This document shows, in pieces, positions 37,406 to 49,978 of a stretch of 64,000 nt of DNA. The translations under genes and the position numbers were made by a program. How positions within the stretch are numbered: position 1 is the stretch's first letter; the number at the start of each line of letters is the position of its first letter. The notes beneath the pieces are model-generated. The model was not told the origin of the DNA. It saw only the letters and a list, made by a program, of their open reading frames with translations, and made no database searches. Where the stretch lies: positions 183,145-247,144 of the forward strand of contig NW_021832440.1 in assembly GCF_006345805.1 (NCBI RefSeq), read 5' to 3'. This stretch comes from Octopus sinensis (Eukaryota).

Positions 37406-37840
37406 ATGGTTGTTTTTATAATTGGGTAATTTTGTGAATAGTCAGAAGACGACGACAATATTGACATCTACCAAGGGAAAACATCTGGCTTATTCATAAA
37501 AGAATGTATTATATAATATTAACACTATACTAGTACGACAAATGATGTATGGCTTTGGAGATGACAAGAACCCATGTACCCAGTCAGTCACCATGCTCGA
37601 AAACCTGATTCAGTTATTTATTACTAACATTGTTATTGATGGCCATTAATTGACTTGTAGACCAGGAGAGCCCTCAAAGTTGGGACACCAGGCAAGGTGA
37701 CGGTTGATGACATTTTGTTTGTGGTCAGAAATGATCGAGTCAAATATTCCCGCGCGCGGGAATTGCTACATATGCATGCTAAACTCAAAAAGGCACGGAA
37801 GGCTTTTGAGGACAATAATTATTCGAATTTATTAAAATGA
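37406..37840 (+). CDS. TAF13: TFIID subunit 13
   Basis: LFIKELRQMMYGFGDDKNP..SVTMLENL..GKVTVDDILFVVRND..RARELL..LKKARKAFE. Introns 37409-37441, 37506-37533 and 37632-37660. Confidence 0.93.
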
Positions 37841-37999
37841 TTTTTTATTTTAAATTTTATTTGCGGTAGAAAATAGAATTTATGATCATTATTATTTAAA
37901 TTTTTGTAGAACTTAAAATGATAGAATTTAGTTTAATTTATTTAATTATTCTTTATTATGTATAAATAATTAAATATTAATTCGATTTAAAGACTACTG

Positions 38000-38900
38000 A
38001 ATAAAGTCATAGAACAGTCCGCAAAGGAAACGGTACGAGATGACTGAAAAGTTCGCCAGAAACTAAATGCAGAGGTCCCTCTAACAAAAGTATGTGCTTC
38101 CCTAAGAAGATTCATAAACCCGGAGAGATTTAAATCGGGTGAGGATAATGCGGCTCCCTTCACCAACAAATTGATAAAGTTCTACGCTGGGATCAGCAAC
38201 ATCCCCCACAGGAAATATGATAAACCATGCTTGAAGTCGTTGAAACCTCGAAAATGTCGGGACATGATAATCCTCACCCATGAGGAGGTGTCTCAGACTA
38301 TCAGAAATTTAAGAAGCACTGGCTCTTGTGGACCTGACGGAATTCCTACTATTCTGGTGAAAAACGTAGGACAGGTGGCAATATCAGCTCTTTGTCAAAT
38401 TTACAACTTCTCTATAAACAACAACTCAATACCCACATTGTGAAAAATGGCACACATTTGTCCTATTCTGAAGCCAGGGAGATCAAAAGACAACCCGGCG
38501 TCCTACAGGCCAATATCTCTTCTCTGTGTCCTATCCAAAGTTCCGGAAAAACTTATACTCAACCATCAAAGAATATCTCCCGGGTTGGATTTTCAACATT
38601 CAAAATAATCCCCAAAACCTCAGTACAATACAATAATATCCACACTAACAGGGAAGTATTCAATATTTCTGATTCCTTCACAATGTCTATAAAAGCCAAG
38701 GATTACGTCATATCCTGGACAGACTTTGACCGAGACATGCACAAATTAGGGCAAGGGGCATTTGGAATCATCTACAAAGCAGTCCACACGGAAACTCAGT
38801 TCCCAATGGCCATAAAATTACCCCACCACGTGCTTAGAACAGCTCTAACAGCATGCTCGTCTGCGGAATCTGTCGATCGGGGACTGCATAATACGGAATA
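38000..38900 (+). mobile_element. Degenerate Jockey-like LINE RT fragment with an embedded kinase-like segment
   Basis: GSCGPDGIP, PILKPG and SYRPISLL motifs. 38683-38822 instead reads like a protein-kinase N-lobe (see findings). Confidence 0.7.
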
Positions 38901-39271
38901 TTTCTATGGGACGTATCTCAGAAAAATTTTGCTATTGAAAACGGCCGTCTCTGGATTAACAATTGAAGAGAAAATTAATACATTCATACGAGTGAGAAAG
39001 TAGCTGCCATGAGACATCAGTGGAACCTGCTGGGCACATTGAAGTTGTATCCTGGTCATGAGTCTGGCGGAAGGAGGAGAAGCAAGAAGAGTTAGTAAGA
39101 TGAATTTATCAAAGTCACATATCAATTTGAATATAAAAACTTATTTTTTCAGACTTTCTTGGTCACTAATAAAAGGGAATTTAATTTGAATTAAGATGTA
39201 TTTTATTAATAATAACATTTAATAATTAAAATTTTCTCTTTTTGTTGCGCAATATTTTTAATATATATTTC

Positions 39272-42200
39272 ATGCAAGATCATAACAAATCTAAATTGTC
39301 AATTTCGTCTGTCTCGCAACAAAATGATCAGATTTATTCTCCAGCTCAATCAAACCAGATAACTCCAGAAGAAAGAGAAAACTGTCGAAAGTGGCTGTAC
39401 TAGGCCTTTTTTATTTTATTTAGCACAAATAAATTAATTGATAATAATACAGCTTACTCTTCTGAATTAACCAATATTGTAGCCCGTGAAGAAATGGAGA
39501 TATTTGAGATATCTCTTGGCAGAGTTTGCTAAAGTGAATTAATTGGTAGGTTGATTACCGAAACCGTTTGCTCGAAGTATTGCAGAGTTACAAAATAGTC
39601 CTGGAAGCATGATAAACCTGAGAGCCCACGTAGATGAAAAGAAGACCAAAAAAAGTAAGTGAATGCGATGAAATTGTGAGATGTCAGCAGTGAAGACATA
39701 AGCGAGAATTTTTGAAAGTTGTAGATATCCTGTGGGATTCCGTCCCCGATTCATTCGTTTTCCGTTACCCTGTGGATCCTGTAAAAGACATGGCTGAGGT
39801 TGATTTTTGGTCGGATTCCAGGATTATTATGACATAATAAAATCCCCAATGGATTTGTCGACACTCAAAAGCAATTTGTCTGGGAAGATGTTACACTTGT
39901 CCGTGGAAATTGATTGATGATGTTAATCTCATTTTTTCAAACGCACGGAAATACAACGGATCGAAGAGTAATATAACTCGAGCGGCAATGAGAGTAGAAA
40001 AGAGGTTACATGAGTAGTTGTCAGCAAAATTTAACGAAGTGGGAGATGAGGCGATGAATAGATTGGGCTACTGCTGTTCGAGGACTTATTTATTTAACCT
40101 TCGTGTGCTTTACTGCTGTACTTCTTTAAGTTGTCAGATTGGGGCAGATGCTGATTATTTCTCATATAAAAAGTATATATTCAAAATTTATGTAAGGGAG
40201 GAGGAGGAATACGTGTGTTGTGTCAAGTGCTTTAATTCGGCCGAGGAGCAAATCACCATATCACCTGACTCGACTCAACTCCCCAAACAAGACTTTGTCC
40301 AAGCCAAAAATAATGTAAGAGAGCCTGAGCCTTTCGTGGATTGTGTTGAGTGTGGTCGCCGTGTGCACCAAGTGTGCGTACTTTACCACGAGGAACTTTA
40401 TTCTGGGGGGTTTGTGTGTCGCATGTGTATGGAGAGTGCTTTTTCACCAAAGTTTACATGCAGAAGTAAGTCTATGTCTGATTTGTAGACCTTCCTCAAA
40501 CGAGGTTGAGCGTGTATATTGAAGAGAGAATTAATACCTTTCTACGAGCGGAGAGTGGTGGGATTGATTTTGGGACGGTCTTGGTGAGGGTCGTCTCCTC
40601 CACCATAAAAGAGTGCAGTGTGAAGCCTCTGTTCAAGTCAAAGTTCGGGGTAGACATGCCGGACGTATTTCCATACAGAGCAAAGACTCTTTTTGTGTTC
40701 CAGGTGCGTGGTGGGAGGGAACTGGCATTCTTTGCCTTCCATACACAGGAGTACGACTCGGAGTGTCCTGAACCTAATAAGCGGTATATCTATATCTTAA
40801 TTGAAGGCGTGTATACATCTCCTATCTTGACTCAGTACACTTCTTTGAGCCAAAATTCATCCGGACTCGGTGTATCACGAAATTCTAATTTCTTACATGG
40901 ATTACGTACGTAAACTGGGGTTTGGAGTGAATTGAATGTTAGTTACGCGTGGGTGCACATCTGGGCATGCCCTCCAGGTGATAGAGACGACTACATATTC
41001 TACTGCCATCCTTTTGAGCAAAAGACTCCTACGGCTAAACGTTTGATTGAATGGTACAAAGTAATTCTTAACAATGCGATAAACCAGAAGGCAATTCGTT
41101 CATACCAAGTAAGTTTGTTTTGCTAAGTGGTAGGACCTACACAGTTGTGCGCATGAGAACGCAATAACTTGTCCAACTCAAATCCCGTATATGGATGGAG
41201 ATTTCTGGCCCGCTAGAATAGAGGAAATGATCAAAAGTGACGAGGAATGTAAAAAAGAGAAAAAAAGTAGTTTGTCGGACAAGTTGATGAACATGCTTGA
41301 CAAGCAGCGAAGTGGCTTCTTTGTTATTGAATTGCATTCGAGCAGACTGAATTGTCACCTCACAACAATCGTCGACCCTGATCCTCCGATGAAGTGTGAG
41401 CTCATCGACAGTCGCGATTCTTTCCTTACCTTTTGTCGAGATAAAAACTACGAGTTCTCCACCAAAAGAAGAGCCTTTTATTCTACTCAAGCCATCGTAG
41501 TTGAGTTGTGTCTCCATCACTTGATGTTTCACTGCAACAATTGCCAAAAGGGATTGTACATGAAAGACATCATTGTAATCAGTGCAGCGACTTTGACTTG
41601 TGCCAAATTTGTGCAGAAAATAATTCGCATCCTCATCCTTTAGTCAGAATTGGCCTCGATAAAGCAACACCACTCCACCATAATTACAGATGCAGCAATA
41701 GAAAAGTGGAAGGGTAAAGTGGGACACACTGTTTTCTGCCACGACTCAAAATGTGGACGGCCTCTCTGTTCTCAGTATCGAGAATGTCTACTTCCACATT
41801 ATATGAATAACATGTGTCCTCATCGTCAGACATGCAAACTTTGTAGAATTATTATTCGAATTTATGAGACACATATTTTGGACTGCACTAACCAGCATTG
41901 TGGAGCTAAATTGTGTAATTTGTTCAAAAGACGCTTAAAAAGTATGCAAGCACGGAAACATGCAAGAGAACAAGATCAACTTTTGAGAAGAATGAACACT
42001 ATGAAAATTGCCAATGGAGATAAACAACTTCTGAAAACTAATCAGCCAATTACTCGCACACAAAATCCCTTAATGCCTAACTCTCCTTTCCTAATTCCTC
42101 AGCCCAAACGTCCTCTTCTCATTCAAACCAATTCTGCAGTACGCTTGTCTCCTATTAATTCACCCCTCCCAGACTTGAGTATCAAGAATAAGTTACGAAA

Positions 42201-42312
42201 CGGTCGATTTCCTGATTTTTCCGAATTGGAGCAGCGACTCAACTGTGAGCCCGATGCTGCTGAGAAGGAATGGACGGATAGTCAAATCATTCGCTTCTAT
42301 CAACCAGATTGA
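39272..42312 (+). CDS. CREBBP: p300/CBP histone acetyltransferase, miniaturised, copy A (several 1-bp indels)
   Basis: Degenerate KIX-like segment, bromodomain ([26 protein letters not shown]), RING/PHD ([23 protein letters not shown]), KAT11 HAT ([34 protein letters not shown]), ZZ and TAZ2. Multiple 23-24 nt introns. Confidence 0.95.
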
Positions 42313-42519
42313 TTATTTTTGTTTTAAATACATTTTATTCTTAATTCAATAATTTTGATGTTATATCATAACCTTTTGTAACATATCTGAAAATTCTTTC
42401 CCGTCGAATCTACTTTTTGTTAATTTAATATTTAATCAACGCAATCTTGATTTTTATACTTTTCGATTTTCATAGTATAGCTTTATTTAAAAATCATTCT
42501 CTCTAAAGTGTTTTAAAAT

Positions 42520-43390
42520 GTTGTCACCACTCTATCGCATGTAAATAAAATAGGGATTACCCCGACATTTGTGTTCTGAACCTTCCAGTGCACTAAAAAT
42601 TACCTCTGGATGTTATGATTTTCACTTAGATTGCTTTCAGTTCATTTGACATTAATTTTATGAAATGATCGGATGAAATTGTTTCCATAGGTCAGCCACC
42701 TCCAAGATTCATTAACATCAATTTAAGTATTCATAGACATTGGACCAAAATAGAGTGCAGATGCTTTATTTTTTAGTAAATATTCACGTTGGATTTTTAT
42801 CAAATTCAATATTGTCAATTTACTTAAATTTCAAGTATTTTATTTTCAAGATAAGAATACTGAGAAATCTTCCTTTGTTTGCCGGTTGAAATTGGATATG
42901 ACTGTCCATAAGTATTTGACAGATATTCTAATCACTTTTTCGAATTCTCAGAGCTCAATACCGGGTGAAAGTTGAATGTTTGAGGATAACTCTCTTAAAG
43001 AAAGTTGAATGTAATAGTTTTGATTTAATAACTACTTAATACGGTTTATATACAATTTAGTGTAAACTTTCAAATGGTACTTGAAAGTGAGAAATCTTGC
43101 AATCGTAGATTTTCTACTTTCAAGACCAGCAAGATTCCCACTTTTCTTGAGCAAAACTGGATTTCTAAATATACAAATACCTACAGAACAGTCATTGCTT
43201 GCTCTCGTGTCTATTAATTGCGGTCAATGATTATTGTTTTTTACCGCCGCGGGAATTGAGCCTCGAAGAGCCTAAGATCGTTTTGAGATCAAAAAACCTT
43301 CATGGCTCCTCTGAATTAGTCCCAAACGGATCATTTTCAAGAACTCTTGTCTTTAAAAAGTCGAATAAACCGAAATTATCTGACATCACA
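42520..43390 (-). pseudogene. Possible highly decayed ornithine decarboxylase/antizyme-inhibitor family gene
   Basis: Colinear weak motifs across frames: FFDLKTIL, AAVKNN (cf. YAVKCN), NDCSV (cf. FDCAS), VIRI, MNLGGG*P at 42692-42709 (cf. LDIGGGFP) and VKIITSRGNF (cf. IIAEPGRY). Confidence 0.35.
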
Positions 43391-43439
43391 GCAATTTTTT
43401 TATAATCAAATTAGTAATAACATTAAGTAATTAGTCAAC

Positions 43440-43710
43440 TTTACGACATTGTCAGGAGGGCTCTAAAGTTGGCTGGTTTCCCTTGAATACCTGTGTATTT
43501 CAGACTCTTTTGAGTTTGCTCCTCTTGCCTTTGAAACCTCAAGAATCTTCGGCAAGGCCGCGACTCAACTCCTCACTGACATTGTTAGGAGGATATCCTC
43601 GATAACAAACGACCGGAGGGAGACGAGCTGGCTCTTTCAGCGAATCTTGGTTGCTGTGCTCTGCGGAAACTGCCATTCAATACAAAATGGGGTGTCGTTG
43701 ATCTGACCCT
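43440..43710 (+). mobile_element. Internally deleted CRE-like 3' fragment
   Basis: DIVRRALKLAGFP joined to FAPLAFETS..NDRRETSWLFQRILVAVLCGNCHSI. Confidence 0.65.
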
Positions 43711-44039
43711 TAGGCTTTTGACTGTTCTTTGAGTTACTTATTTTTTCTGTTCTCATTATCATCTACAAAAAAAGCTAGAAAGTTCACTACACAAGTTATT
43801 CAAAAATTATAGTCCAATTTTACAAACATTTATTCCAGGCATTCCGATCGTCACGGCACCCGCCTTCAATTTCAACACCTGGTCAACTACATGATCTCTC
43901 TCCAATCACAATGAACCGTAAAGATAAACTGTGGACAACCCAGGCTATACAAAGTGAAGAAGGGAATATATTGTCGTCTAGGTAGACAGATCTATTGATA
44001 GGGATGCACTCCGAGGGGTGTAATGTCACCCTGGAATTA

Positions 44040-44510
44040 TTTATTCCACAGTTGAAGATTGGAACAGAAGTCCGACCCGTACTGAAATCAGATCCGCCAT
44101 ACTATACCTTAGTGTTAATCTCAACATTAAATCTCATTTCGTGAGAGTTTCGGATGTTTCAGTTACTGATGTTGCTGGAAGATACAAGACAGGGGACACG
44201 AAAATAGACCTCCTTGACAATGATAAGCAAATAACAGTCAATCATAAAAGACTCCTCCAATACAAAACGTGTTTAAATCTTGATCAAAATGACCCCAAAG
44301 CGAACCCATTACCGGAAATCTATCCAAAGAAAATATAGGAAAAAAGGTGCCACGTTTCAAAGCTTGAAGAGAAATTGATTGAATGGATGGAGGAAATGAA
44401 GTCGAAAGTTACATTCCAAAAAAGAAAGGAAACATTTTTGCGGATAGTTACAACTATGTAATTTCAAAAATTCTAATGGATTCTTGAAGATGTTTTGAGA
44501 ATTGAGTATA
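44040..44510 (+). mobile_element. Mixed relics: LTR-integrase GPY/F-like tail followed by a Tigger-like HTH fragment
   Basis: GRYKT..VNHKRLLQY, then KLEEKLIEWMEEM..NFKNSNGF. Short and degenerate. Confidence 0.4.
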
Positions 44511-44892
44511 CGGAAAATCAAACATTTATTGTCATCATTCAGACTTACCGGGACGCCAGATCGGTCAGGTCAATTATCTAAATACAAAACAAATACTTTT
44601 CCTACAAAAAGTTCTAAAAACTTAAAAAGATTTGATTCTATGGTCTCAGTTTGCCGATTTTCGATCGGCTTTACAAGATGACGTGAAACCGTACCGAGCA
44701 AAAATTTGTAATTTATTTTAGTTAAAATGCATTATTCTTTCAAATTAAAGATTTATTCAGGGGTTATAGCACAGCCGAACGGATTGCTTGCGCGTTTATT
44801 TTAGTTATTGATTATAACACCCACCCTATCTATTGGAATTATATAGCAAAAATGTGCGTGCTATACTCGAGAAATACTGTATTGTGAAAAAA

Positions 44893-45010
44893 TTGTACGA
44901 CACTGATTGTTCCCAGGCGGTCACCCAGCCAAGTACTAGAACAGCCTGTAATCGCTTAACTGCCGTGTTCGGATGGGAACGGGTATTTACGACTAAGTAT
45001 GATCGTACAG
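44893..45010 (-). rRNA. 5S: 5S rRNA gene (118 nt) with Pol III T6 terminator
   Basis: Minus strand CTGTACGATCATAC..CCCATCCGAAC..GTTAAG..CTAGTACTTGGCTGGGTGACCGCCTGGGAAC..GTCGTACAA then TTTTTT. Helix I (TGTACGAT/GTCGTACA), helix II (TAGTCG/CGATTA) and helix III (CCGT/ACGG) pair. Confidence 0.9.
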
Positions 45011-45029
45011 TTTTTCGATAATGATATCC

Positions 45030-46125
45030 TTTTTAAATAAATCTATATTCATATACATCCGAAAACTGAAAGAAAGAAAATATTGATAGAGGAAGAAATT
45101 TTGATTTTAGTAGAACTATCATCAAATAATACCCCTCATAAAAGTGCCAAAACTCTTAGCATCGAAATTAAAACTATGTTCAAACAAAAATTTCAACAAG
45201 AATAGTGTCTCGAGTTTTAAATAAGAAAGGATTATATGGCCGAGCTGCTAAAAGAAAACCTCTTTTATCCACAAAAAATATAATTTTAAGACGTGAAATT
45301 ACGAAATCATTTTTAAGCATTTCCGACGAGACATGGAAGTCGGTAATTTTTACTGATGAATGGTCTTTTGATATTTTTAATATCAATAAGCATCAAATAG
45401 TGTATAGAGAAAATGGTTCTGCATACAAAAAATGCAATATTATCCCAACTGTAAAATTCGGTGGTGGAAAAGTAATGGTCTGGGGCAGTTTCTAGTATAA
45501 CGGAGTCGGTAATCTTGTTTTTATTGATGAAATTCTTAATGGCGCAAAATATATTAATATTTTATCTAATAATATATTCGAATGTGCCAAAAAATTCGGG
45601 ATAGACTCATTTATTTTACAACAGGATAATGCACCTTGCCATAAATATAAAATGATACAAGATTATATTAAAGAAAAAAACATTATTTTACTTCAATGGC
45701 CTGCTCGATCACCGGATCTAAACCCGATAGAACATCTATGGACAGAAATGAAGAGAGAATTATCAAAAAATGTAGTCAAAAACAAAAATGAACTAAAGGA
45801 CAAATTAACAGAAATATGGAATAATATATCACCAGAATTATTGAAAAAACTAGTAATGTCTATGAAAAATAGATGTTATAAAATTTTCAGTGCAAATGGT
45901 GGACATATTAACTACTAAATGACTTGTTTTTATTTTTGTCCGGTTTTACATGTCTTAAGTAAATTGAAATTCTGCTTTAAATATTAGTTCTATAATAGTA
46001 TAATTAATAATTATTACACAATTATTATTATTAAGTAAAAATATTAAGCTTAAGTTTTTGATTTTTCATATTTAATTAATAAAATCATCAAAAATAGCTT
46101 GTCCGGTTTTCAGTGACGAGGGGTG
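45030..46125 (+). mobile_element. Tc1-family transposon, 5' truncated
   Basis: VIFTDEWSF, VKFGGGKVMVWG, QQDNAPCH and WPARSPDLNPIEHLW motifs. Right end ..cagtgacgaggggtg|TA. Confidence 0.85.
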
Positions 46126-47439
46126 TATATTAATATCTGGTATTCTTTTCAACTCCTTTTCTATCAATTATATTTTCATAAATTTCAAATAAATATGATT
46201 AAAATTACACTTTAATTGAATAAATGTTAATTTAACATGGCTAAAGATGATTGGGCTATCAAGAAATATAATTTTTTTCTACAATAATGTACGAATGACT
46301 ATCTTTTGGTAGCTTGTTTTTTCTTTGAAATGATTGATTAGCATCATTTTAATAAAATTGGTTAATCAAGATAGGAGTAAATTGACTAAACTAATAACTC
46401 TTATTGTTTCCTGTGCTGCGCAAGCTTTTTCATGATCCATGCCATCGAAAAAGTGCATTTATAATAGTACTAAAATTATTACGTCGGTGAGGAAAGACCA
46501 TTCTTTGGACTTAAAACAACAAGTTACAAAGGCCTCCCAAAGGGTACAAGTATAGAGAAATTTAGAAATTGTAACGGTTTTTTATCAACAGGCGTCGGTG
46601 AACTATTTTTGATAAATAAAAAAATAAATTTGCTCAAATATTGCGAAATCCTAGAAAAATATCTGTTACATTGAGCTACTAAATTGAATTTAACACACAA
46701 CTGGAGATTCAAACATGACAACGATTCAAAACACAAGTAAAAATGACTGCTGAATGGTAAATGTATTAGAATGACCAAGTCTATCGCCAGATTTCATTCC
46801 AATCAAACATTTGTTTGATACTCTCGCCGCTGCTAAATTTTTCTCTTCATATTAATACTCTAATTGAAACTCTCATAATTTTTATACTTAGTATTTGATA
46901 GCACACCGCATAGGTTATTGTCGAAATCGGGTCTATTAAGTTATGTGGGTGTTCATTGATATACTTAACTAACACACGACTACTTAACTGGATATACTTA
47001 ACTGGATGTCTTCCAATTTCTATTCATTTCCATTCTTTCTAGTTTCATTTATGATATTATTACTAATTAGCTCATCCTTACAAAAGTTAACAATTACTGT
47101 AAATAAAAATATCCTTTCAAGGTATTTCCTAAAACATATCAAAAATCTTTTCAACAGTCCTGGTTTATATCCAATAAGAAACTTGTCTCTAAAAAATCGT
47201 ACATCTCAAGTGATTTATATTTATAAGACAATAAAATGATCTTACAAAAATAGTGAAAAGTTCCCAAGTTTAAGGGAGAATTTTTAAGGTCAATTTTTTT
47301 CTGCAGAAGTCTTCCAATTAAATTATTAAACAGTCTAAAATTTTTGTGAAATGATAATGTAAATTTATTAAGTTTCGCGTAAATGAAAACTAAATATGCA
47401 ATTCTCTATAACAAAAGATTGGTTTCCTAATTTGTACGT

Positions 47440-47620
47440 GTGTGGACTCTTTCTCGCCTCAGAACGTTCTGATGTCCGCATCCGCCCATGGTTCTATTGC
47501 CACAACCTCGGAATGCAAAAAGATGCGGAAGTACTCCTTACTTATGGAAAAGTTCCAATTCCTCCCATTCGCAGTTGAGACTTCCGGTTCCTTGGGCGGT
47601 AAGGCAATCAGCTTCGTTCA
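47440..47620 (+). mobile_element. CRE-like C-terminal fragment
   Basis: A..SECKKMRKYSLL..FLPFAVETSGSLG. Confidence 0.6.
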
Positions 47621-47734
<114 letters not shown>

Positions 47735-47887
47735 TCAACATCAGTGAACTCGTCAATTTTAATGGCAGAACCATTAGAATTATTTAATCTAATCAGTAAC
47801 TGCGTTTCGATATTTTGTGAAAGTTCCTGAATTCCCCTTGAAATAGTTTTATTTTTTATTTTTTTCGCCGAAAGCTTTTATTGAATA

Positions 47888-49766
47888 CTAGCTCGGCAGC
47901 TCGCTTCGCTCACCGCGACCTAGCTCCTGCGGAGGGCCTGTTTCATCAAACAACTATAAGTTTATGTAGATGTATAAAACTACCTGTTTTAATGTAACCC
48001 TATTCTATCGCCTGTTGATAAACGATGTTTGTCGTCCTCCTTCCTTGGCATATATGAATAAATTTTCTCTTCTGCCTACCCTCGAGCATCCCACATACAG
48101 CTGTCCATGTGAAAAGCACTCACTCTCTAAAAATAACCCAACTACCTTTAATGACTGTCCCTGGGCCTTGTTTATTGTCATTGCAAAACTCATCCTCAAA
48201 GGAAATTGCAGCCTTTTAAATCTAAATGGTAATTCATCAGAAATTATCGGAATTCGTGGAATATAAACATCCTCACCTCTATACTTACCTGTTAATATCG
48301 TCGCCTCTATAACGTTAGCCATCAAATTTTTGATAACTAACCTCGTTCTGGCTGTTGCATAATTTAGGTGGCGCAAGATTTCGTAATAAAACCACTGGAC
48401 GCCTATCTTAACTTTAAAAATGATTCGGCATTCCAGAGGGATCTAAGGAGTTTAAAAATTCAATCCGGTTGAATTTGTAAAAAATAACAAAAAAAATAAA
48501 AAAAACAAATAAAAATAAATAATTTAAAAATAAAAAACCAAAAAAAAACTTTAAAAATTTGTAAAATAGTATAAACAAAAAAATCTCTGCCGCCACGGCA
48601 ACAACCTGTCTAATTTTTTAACAGCCAATTAAGATAATGCCTTTATAGTCCGAAGATTTAGCTTAGTGACCTTGATTAAACAAACACTGGCGGAAATGAG
48701 GCAGGCGGAAATGGGGCGGCCGGAGATGGGGCAGGCGGAAATGCGGCAGGCAGAGTAGCAGCAGCCAAAAAAGCGAACACAAAAAAGATTTAATTAATTA
48801 CCTTAAGCGGACCGTTTTTTTCTTCAGCTTCGTTTTTCCTCCTCGGTTATCTATTTAAAAATTATTTGTGAATAATACAAAATATTAGGAAAAAAAGGCA
48901 TACAGAAAATATTCTATCTTTACGAAAAACTTCTTTCTTAAGGTCGTCTTCCCTCCTTCGGTTATCTATTGAAAAAATTATTTTTGAATAATAAAAAGTT
49001 TAGGAAAAAGGCATACCGAAAATAAATTCTATCTTACGAAAACTTAACTAAATAGTTAATATTTTTACGCAAATTCTTCTGATTGCGCTGTCAATTGGTG
49101 GTAAATTGTGTTTAATGATTGTGCTAATGTGGTTTCAACTATCAAAGTGTTTTTCAAAATCTGTTAATTGCACACTCTATTCAAGGTCGTGCGTCAATTG
49201 GTGGTAAATTGTGTCAAGGATTGTGCTAATGTTGTTTCAACTATCAAAGTGGTTTTCAAAATCTGTTAATTGCACACTCTATTCAAAGTCGTTGCAATCT
49301 GTAATTGCACATTCTGTCAAAGTCAAATTGATAATAGCTTTAATTTTGATTCATGTCGATAATGATATATGCATTTAATTTAAAGAGAAAAACATAGGAT
49401 GAATTGAATTTCTTTCTCGCGAATAATTAGGAGTTCATCAGTGTTAATATTCTCGCTGTCGTTTTCATCAAGGATATTCTTAATACGTGAGATTTTCGCC
49501 TCGAAGGTTTTAATGGACCTCATCATGAATGTCGAGGACATTAACGTTGTTCATTTTAATCAAATGCAGAAAATAATTTTTTGATTTTTGGCGGAAGGTT
49601 TCAAGGACCTTATCATGTAAGTCGAGGACATCGTAGTTGTTCATTTTAACCAAAATGCAGAAAATTTTTTTTAATTTTTTTTTGGGGGAAGGTTTTAAGG
49701 ACCCCATCATGTAAGTCGAGACTTCGTAGTTGTTCATTTTAACCAAACTGCAGAAAATTTTTTTTA
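47888..49766 (-). mobile_element. Helitron, 3' portion (PIF1 helicase end + internal tandem repeats)
   Basis: ORF 48005-48376 has IPRI..RLQFPLRMSFAMTINKAQGQSL..FSHGQLYVGCSRV. The 3' terminus is a GC-rich hairpin-like segment then CTAG|T at 47888-47891. Internal tandem units of 15, ~116, ~105 and ~95 bp. Confidence 0.8.
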
Positions 49767-49978
49767 CAAACAGTTGTCACGGATTACGGCAGTTTGTTTT
49801 AAATGAATAAAGTCATTTTTATAAATTTCCCACAATTTAATAAATACAACTAACGACTTGAGGCGCGAGACACGTCCTGCTTTGAGGGTCATAGAGTTCA
49901 TCATTATGACATTTGTGCTTTATTTTTACCATTCCAACATCTTGACACTCAAAATATTCACTTGAACAAATATTTTCT

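Noticed and set aside
38392-39003. 203-aa ORF as a genuine kinase gene
   Set aside because: It is a chimera of off-frame LINE sequence, a short kinase-like piece and the duplicon edge, and lacks HRD/DFG.
48688-48765. 15-bp tandem repeat translating to GGNEAGGNGAAGDGAGGNAAG, reminiscent of parasite surface repeats
   Set aside because: It lies in no ORF with start, signal peptide or length; it is a minisatellite inside the Helitron.
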